Shown piece by piece: positions 58,804 to 64,000 of a stretch of 64,000 nucleotides of DNA. The notes under the pieces are model-generated. The model searched no databases, was not told where the DNA came from, and was given only the letters and a program-made list of their open reading frames with translations. The translations under genes and the position numbers were made by a program. Source of the DNA: Syntrophorhabdaceae bacterium (GTDB taxonomy: Bacteria; Desulfobacterota; Syntrophorhabdia; Syntrophorhabdales; Syntrophorhabdaceae); contig OY762209.1 in NCBI GenBank assembly GCA_963665295.1, positions 4,512,001-4,576,000 of the forward strand, written 5' to 3'. Numbering within the stretch: position 1 is the first letter of the stretch; every line of letters begins with the position of its first letter.

Positions 58804-59424
58804 ATGCTGATCACTTTCGAAGGAATAGAAGGAAGCGGCAAATCCACACAGGTAGCACTTTTGTACGATTATCTTCAGGAGAAGGAGTACTCCGTCGTGA
58901 GGACGAGGGAGCCGGGTGGGACACTTTTCGGGGAAGCTCTGAGAAAGGTGCTCCTTCACAGGGACATGCACATCTTTCCCCTCTCGGAACTCCTTGTCTT
59001 CATGGCCATGAGGGCGCAGCACGTGGAACAGGTCATCATGCCCGCTCTTCAGGAAGGCAAGATCGTACTTTGCGACAGGTTCGTGGACGCCACCTATGCA
59101 TATCAGGGTTACGGCAGGAGTATCGATCTGGGGATCATCGAAACATTGAACAGACTCGTGACAAAAGGCATAAGACCCAACCTTACGGTCCTGCTCGACG
59201 TGAGCGTTGAGACCGGTCTCACAAGGAAGGCCGAGTCGGCGCCCATGGACCGTTTCGAGATAGAGGACCTCTCCTTTCACAAGAGGATAAGGGATGCATA
59301 CGTGAAGCTTTCAGAGGAGGATCCCAAGAGGTTCTTCGTGATAGACGGGTCAAAAGAACAGGCGGTTATTCAGGGCATTATCAGGGAACAGGCAGAAACC
59401 CTTCTCAAAGGTTATGGGATTTAA
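58804..59424 (+). CDS. tmk: Thymidylate kinase
   Basis: EGIEGSGKSTQ, REPGG, CDRF..AYQG, DRFE. Confidence 0.96.
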   Translation: MLITFEGIEGSGKSTQVALLYDYLQEKEYSVVRTREPGGTLFGEALRKVLLHRDMHIFPLSELLVFMAMRAQHVEQVIMPALQEGKIVLCDRFVDATYAYQGYGRSIDLGIIETLNRLVTKGIRPNLTVLLDVSVETGLTRKAESAPMDRFEIEDLSFHKRIRDAYVKLSEEDPKRFFVIDGSKEQAVIQGIIREQAETLLKGYGI

Positions 59425-60370
59425 CGACATCATCGGCCATGACAAGCAGAAAGAATTTCTCCTGTCGCTCCAGCGCAAGGAGCGCCTGCCCCACGCATTC
59501 CTTTTTTGCGGTCAGGAAGGCATAGGGAAACGGAAGCTCGCCTCGGAATTCATAAAGCACATTCTCTGCGATGAAGGCACGGGCTGCAATTCATGTCGTC
59601 CCTGCCTGAAACTTGACCACGGCACTCATCCCGACCTGTTGATCGTGGAAGGGGAGGAATCCATAGGCATCGCCCAGTCCAAAATGATCAGCAAAGAGGT
59701 TTCGGAGCATCCGTACGAAGGAAAGAAAAGGGCCGTCATTATAGACAGGGCCGACATCATGACGAGGGAGGCAAGCAATGCCCTTTTGAAAACCCTCGAG
59801 GAGCCGCCGCCCTTCAACATTTTCTTTCTCATTACCTCTTCCGAAAGGGATGTACCTCTCACCATAAGGTCCCGTTGCGCGAGGGTGGCTTTCAGCCCTC
59901 TTCGACGAAACGACGTGGAAGACTACTTCGTGAGAGTAGTCAAAATGGATAAGGAAAAGGCGCGGCTCATCTCTCATCAGTCATATGGAAGTATCGGATG
60001 GGGCCTCTTCTGGGCGGAGAAGGACAACCTCCTTATGAGACGGAAACTGGGCGAACTGATTACAGGCAGGAAAAGGGGCTTTCTCACTTCGACCATAATA
60101 TCGGAGAGAATCTCAAAGGCGGACAGGGGGATCGGACCGTATCTTTCCTTTCTTCTTTCTTTTTTCCGTGATCTTTATCTTGCACGATATGAGAAGGAGA
60201 ACGCTCAACTCGTCAACAGGGATCTGAGGGACCTTATCGAGGGAGAAGCGGCCGACGCCGGTTGGATAGACAGCTCCCTGAAAAAGATACAGGAAACTAT
60301 CCTCAATATGCGGTATAATGTGAACAAGTGGTTGCTTTTTGAAAATCTGCTGCTCCACATCACGAGGTAG
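59414..60370 (+). CDS. holB: DNA polymerase III delta' subunit
   Basis: HAFLF.G..G.GK, C..CRPC, HPD, NALLKTLEEP, TIRSRC; follows tmk. Confidence 0.93.
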   Translation: MGFNDIIGHDKQKEFLLSLQRKERLPHAFLFCGQEGIGKRKLASEFIKHILCDEGTGCNSCRPCLKLDHGTHPDLLIVEGEESIGIAQSKMISKEVSEHPYEGKKRAVIIDRADIMTREASNALLKTLEEPPPFNIFFLITSSERDVPLTIRSRCARVAFSPLRRNDVEDYFVRVVKMDKEKARLISHQSYGSIGWGLFWAEKDNLLMRRKLGELITGRKRGFLTSTIISERISKADRGIGPYLSFLLSFFRDLYLARYEKENAQLVNRDLRDLIEGEAADAGWIDSSLKKIQETILNMRYNVNKWLLFENLLLHITR

Positions 60371-60372
60371 CT

Positions 60373-61155
60373 ATGAAGAGTTGTTATGTAAGAATTGACA
60401 GACTGACAGGCATGATCGAAATGGAAGCGCCTGAGGACATAAGGGTGGGAGATCACGTAATAGCCGAAATGGAGAAGGGTCTTTGTCTCGGCACCGTCAT
60501 CACCGAACCTGCGGAGTCAACCAGGGAAGGGCTGAAAAAGATATCGGCAAAGGCAACGGATGGGGAAGTCACCCAGTATCGGGCCTTGAAAGAGAAAGAA
60601 GGATACGCCTTTAACCTGTGCCGGCAGAAGATCAAGGATATGAACCTTCCCATGAAGCTTCTCTGGGCGGAGTATCTTTTCGGGGGGACCAAACTCCTTT
60701 TCTATTTCGTTTCCGAGAACAGAGTGGACTTTCGGGAACTCGTAAAGGAACTCGCCAAAGAATTCAAGATCAGGATAGAACTGCGGCAGGTGGGCGTCAG
60801 AGACGAAGCGAAGATCATCGGAGGGCTCGGAAACTGCGGGAATGTGTGTTGCTGCAAGAGGTTCCTCAGCAATTTCTCGATAGTCTCCATAAAGATGGTC
60901 AAAGAACAGAGTCTCGCCCTGAATCCCAACAAGATATCGGGGATCTGTGGAAGACTCATGTGCTGCTTGTCTTACGAATACGAGATGTATGCGGGATACA
61001 AAAAGAATTTCCCCAAACTGGGAAAGAGAATCACGGTCGCCCAGGGCGAGGGCAAGGTAATAAAACATAACACCCTGAATGCCACCTTTACCGTCGAACT
61101 GGATGGCGGAAAAGAAGTCACCCTGACCGTAAAAGACATATTGAAACCAGCGTAA
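60373..61155 (+). CDS. yaaT: PSP1-domain protein (YaaT/RicT)
   Basis: RVDFRELVKELA, RQVGVRDEAK..GG.G.CG..CC, KISGICGRLMCCL. Confidence 0.92.
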   Translation: MKSCYVRIDRLTGMIEMEAPEDIRVGDHVIAEMEKGLCLGTVITEPAESTREGLKKISAKATDGEVTQYRALKEKEGYAFNLCRQKIKDMNLPMKLLWAEYLFGGTKLLFYFVSENRVDFRELVKELAKEFKIRIELRQVGVRDEAKIIGGLGNCGNVCCCKRFLSNFSIVSIKMVKEQSLALNPNKISGICGRLMCCLSYEYEMYAGYKKNFPKLGKRITVAQGEGKVIKHNTLNATFTVELDGGKEVTLTVKDILKPA

Positions 61156-61273
61156 CGCGGGCGAATCCTGAAGCAGCAGGGTCATCCCGGAACCCTCCGG
61201 CTTAAGGGGCGAGACGAGCCCCGGCGACAAGAGCGAGAAGCGCGCGACCCGGTATCACGAATGGAGAGCAAGA

Positions 61274-62800
61274 ATGAGCGCAAACTACTATGTGACCACA
61301 CCCATATATTACATCAATGACGTGCCCCATATCGGACACGCCTATACGACCATAGCCGCGGACGTCATTGCCCGTTACAAGCGCATCTGCGGGTATAACG
61401 TCTACTTTCTTACCGGAACGGATGAACACGGTCAGAAGGTGGAAAAAGCTGCCGAGTTGCAGGGCATTCACCCCCAGGAACTCGCGGACCGCATGGTCGT
61501 CAGGTTTACCGACCTCTGGAAGACGCTCAACATCACGAACAGCAGTCACATCAGGACCACCGAGGAAAGGCACAAAAAGGTGGTGCGGTATATGTTTGAA
61601 AAGGCATATGAAAAAGGAGACATATACCTCGGGGCTTACGAAGACTGGTATTGCGTGCCCTGTGAAAGCTATTTTACGGAGCTTCAATTAAAGGAAGGGA
61701 AATGCCCGGACTGCGGAAGACCGCCTGAGAAGCTGAAAGAAGAGAGCTATTTCTTCCGCCTTTCCAATTATACGGATCGGCTCCTGACCCTCCTCGAGGA
61801 ACACAAGGATTTCGTGTTGCCCGACGTGCGCTACAACGAGGTCCTGAGTTTCGTAAAGGGTGGCCTCAGGGACCTGAGCGTGAGCAGAACCAGCTTCAAG
61901 TGGGGGATTCCCACGCCCATGAACCCGGACCACGTGGTCTATGTCTGGTTCGATGCCCTTACCAACTATATCTCGGGCATCGGCTTTCTTGATGATCCGG
62001 AGACTTTCAAAGAGTTCTGGCCCTGCGACGCCCATCTCATGGGCAAAGACATATTGAGGTTTCACGCGGTATACTGGCCGAGCTTCCTCATGTCCCTGGG
62101 TATCGAGCCTCCCAAGAGGGTCTTTGCCCACGGGTGGTGGACGATAGACGGTCAGAAGATGTCGAAATCCCTCGGCAATGTGGTCGATCCCAATGAAGTG
62201 GTCCAACAGTACGGTGTGGATGAATTCCGCTTCTTCCTCTTCCGGGAGGTGCCCTTCGGTCTCGACGGGGATTTTTCGAAAACCGCCATCGAGCACAGAA
62301 TAAACGGGGACCTGGCGAACGACATCGGCAACCTCACGAGCAGAAGCGTCACCATGATAGGTAAATTCCTGAAAGGCAAGATAGAGAAACCGGAAAAGAA
62401 GGGTGGTATGGACGAGTACGTGGAGGAGCAGGTAAGGAAGCTCACGGAAGAGTACCGCAAAGAGATGGATCTCTTCGGGTACCACAAAGCCCTTGCTGCG
62501 GCCTTCGAGATCATCTCGATACTGAACAAATACATCGATGCGGAAGCTCCCTGGAAGCTCGCGAAAGAAGGCGATGTACGGATCAAGACAGTGCTCTATA
62601 ACATCTGGAACAGCATCCGGGTGACGGCAATGCTTCTCTATCCCTTTATGCCGCAGAAATCAAACCTCATCTGGAAGGCGCTCGGGATCGGAAAGCTGAT
62701 CGAAAACGCGTTCTTCGATGACGAAACAGTCTTTTATTGCCCCGACGATATCAGCCCCATCGATAAGATCGCGCCCATATTCCCCCGCATAGAGACTTGA
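61274..62800 (+). CDS. metG: Methionyl-tRNA synthetase (short form)
   Basis: YVTTPIYY, HIGH, GTDEHG, YVWFDAL, KMSKS; no C-terminal tRNA-binding domain. Confidence 0.96.
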   Translation: MSANYYVTTPIYYINDVPHIGHAYTTIAADVIARYKRICGYNVYFLTGTDEHGQKVEKAAELQGIHPQELADRMVVRFTDLWKTLNITNSSHIRTTEERHKKVVRYMFEKAYEKGDIYLGAYEDWYCVPCESYFTELQLKEGKCPDCGRPPEKLKEESYFFRLSNYTDRLLTLLEEHKDFVLPDVRYNEVLSFVKGGLRDLSVSRTSFKWGIPTPMNPDHVVYVWFDALTNYISGIGFLDDPETFKEFWPCDAHLMGKDILRFHAVYWPSFLMSLGIEPPKRVFAHGWWTIDGQKMSKSLGNVVDPNEVVQQYGVDEFRFFLFREVPFGLDGDFSKTAIEHRINGDLANDIGNLTSRSVTMIGKFLKGKIEKPEKKGGMDEYVEEQVRKLTEEYRKEMDLFGYHKALAAAFEIISILNKYIDAEAPWKLAKEGDVRIKTVLYNIWNSIRVTAMLLYPFMPQKSNLIWKALGIGKLIENAFFDDETVFYCPDDISPIDKIAPIFPRIET

Positions 62801-62803
62801 GAG

Positions 62804-63100
62804 ATGGGTTTTTCCACTGTTCGCGGCGTCGTTGAAAAGATTCTCAAGAAATACCGGCTTAATGGCGACCTCGACGCGTACAGGGTCTTCGAGGTTTGGG
62901 ACGACCTCGTGGGGGACAGGATTGCGAACCACACAAGGCCCATAAAGATTGACGGTTATTTTCTCCTTGTGGAGGTCGATGACCCCCTCTGGCTTACCCA
63001 ACTCAAGTACATGAAGACGGATATACTGGACAAGATCGGTGTAACCATCAAGAAAGGGGTGTTGAAGGACCTGAGGTTCACCCTCAAGAAGACGGACTGA
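62804..63100 (+). CDS. DUF721/DciA family protein
   Basis: W.DLVG..IA.HT.P...L.VEV....W..QL pattern. Confidence 0.82.
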   Translation: MGFSTVRGVVEKILKKYRLNGDLDAYRVFEVWDDLVGDRIANHTRPIKIDGYFLLVEVDDPLWLTQLKYMKTDILDKIGVTIKKGVLKDLRFTLKKTD

Positions 63101-63125
63101 CCTTCCCGTCTCGTCCTCCGGCACA

Positions 63126-63146
63126 CACGACCCTATTCGGGTCGTG
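63126..63146 (+). terminator. Hairpin after the metG-dciA operon
   Basis: CACGACCC-TATTC-GGGTCGTG, no strong U tail. Confidence 0.4.
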
Positions 63147-63193
63147 CACGGATCTCCTTGCCTCCCCGCTGCCCCGTACCTATGTTTACAAGT

Positions 63194-64000
63194 ATGGACG
63201 CCTTGCCCGACGGTACCCTCCGTGAGGGAATGAGACTCGAAAGCGACGCATTGGGAAAAATTTGGGTCCCTGCCGATCGTTACTGGGGCGCTCAAACCCA
63301 GCGTTCCCTCATCCACTTCTCCATCGGCGAAGACCTCATGCCCCGAGAACTGATCAACGCCCTCGCAATCGTCAAGAAAGCGGCGGCCCTCGCGAACGCC
63401 GGACTCTCCGCCCTGCCCCGGGACAAGGCGAAGTTGATAATCCGGGCTGCGGAAGAGGTGATCGAGGGCCATCTGGAGGGCAACTTCCCCCTCCACGTCT
63501 GGATGACGGGAAGCGGATCCCAGAGCAATATGAACCTTAATGAAGTCATCTCCAACCGGGCCATCGAGATGGCGGGCGGTACAATGGGCACCAAAACGCC
63601 CCTCCATCCGAACAACGATGTCAATATGTCCCAGTCGTCAAATGACGTCTTTCCCAGCGCCATGCATATCGCCGCGGCAACGGCCGTTCGCGGGCGACTG
63701 ATCCCCGCTATCGAGGAACTCAGGGACGGGCTCGACCAGAAGGCATCGGAGTGGGCCGATATCATAAAGATCGGCCGCACCCACCTGATGGACGCGGTGC
63801 CCATGACGCTCGGCCAGGAGTTTTCGGGCTATGCGGCCATGCTTGACGACGACCTCGGGAGACTTAACACCGTCCTCCCCGGCCTCCTCCGGCTCACCGT
63901 CGGAGGAACAGCGGTGGGCACCGGTCTCAACGCTCCCAGAGATTTCGGGCCTCTCGCCGTCCGATACATAGAGGAAATTACCGCACTTCCCTTTGAACCG
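63194..64000 (+). CDS. fumC: Class II fumarate hydratase (3' truncated by window; start 63194 or 63230)
   Basis: Translated by eye: RLESDALG..YWGAQTQRS, TGSGSQSNMN, HPNNDVNMSQSSND, KIGRTHLMDAVP, GGTAVGTGLN. Confidence 0.93.
   Translation, partial: MDALPDGTLREGMRLESDALGKIWVPADRYWGAQTQRSLIHFSIGEDLMPRELINALAIVKKAAALANAGLSALPRDKAKLIIRAAEEVIEGHLEGNFPLHVWMTGSGSQSNMNLNEVISNRAIEMAGGTMGTKTPLHPNNDVNMSQSSNDVFPSAMHIAAATAVRGRLIPAIEELRDGLDQKASEWADIIKIGRTHLMDAVPMTLGQEFSGYAAMLDDDLGRLNTVLPGLLRLTVGGTAVGTGLNAPRDFGPLAVRYIEEITALPFEP

Noticed and set aside
1..64000. CRISPR array, rRNA/tRNA, prophage or defence island
   Set aside because: No regularly spaced repeats, RNA gene signatures, integrase or phage genes were seen; inspection was by eye only.

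Overview
A gene-dense bacterial chromosomal segment of about 60 CDSs. The gene content suggests an anaerobic, syntrophic Desulfobacterota/Deltaproteobacterium (Syntrophorhabdus/Syntrophus-like); this is an inference only. Main blocks in order: HDAC-comEC; ppx; ccdA; a Mo/Se hydroxylase maturation operon (mocA-like, molybdopterin-binding protein, yqeB, xdhC) that runs into rpoH; AmmeMemoRadiSam B/A plus a DUF1858-like gene; korDABC-sucCD; a Liv-type ABC transporter continuing into a degenerate PLP enzyme, a 5'-nucleotidase and a small beta-grasp-like protein; selB; an SNase plus ExeA-like ATPase; pagL; one complete IS1634-family element with a 6-bp target duplication; a beta-oxidation/glutaryl-CoA cluster; pilB facing a degenerate pilT; aspC with a long structured leader; ftsH-tilS; serA; arnT; and pepP-efp-tmk-holB-yaaT-metG-dciA followed by a partial fumC. 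I found no tRNA, rRNA, CRISPR array or prophage. The most notable signals are several intact ORFs with substituted catalytic residues (PilT, HisC/CobD-like, SNase), a candidate cis-regulatory RNA upstream of aspC, repeated leaderless or short-leader promoter architecture, and a glutaconyl-CoA node operon. All calls come from motif reading by eye; no database searches were run.
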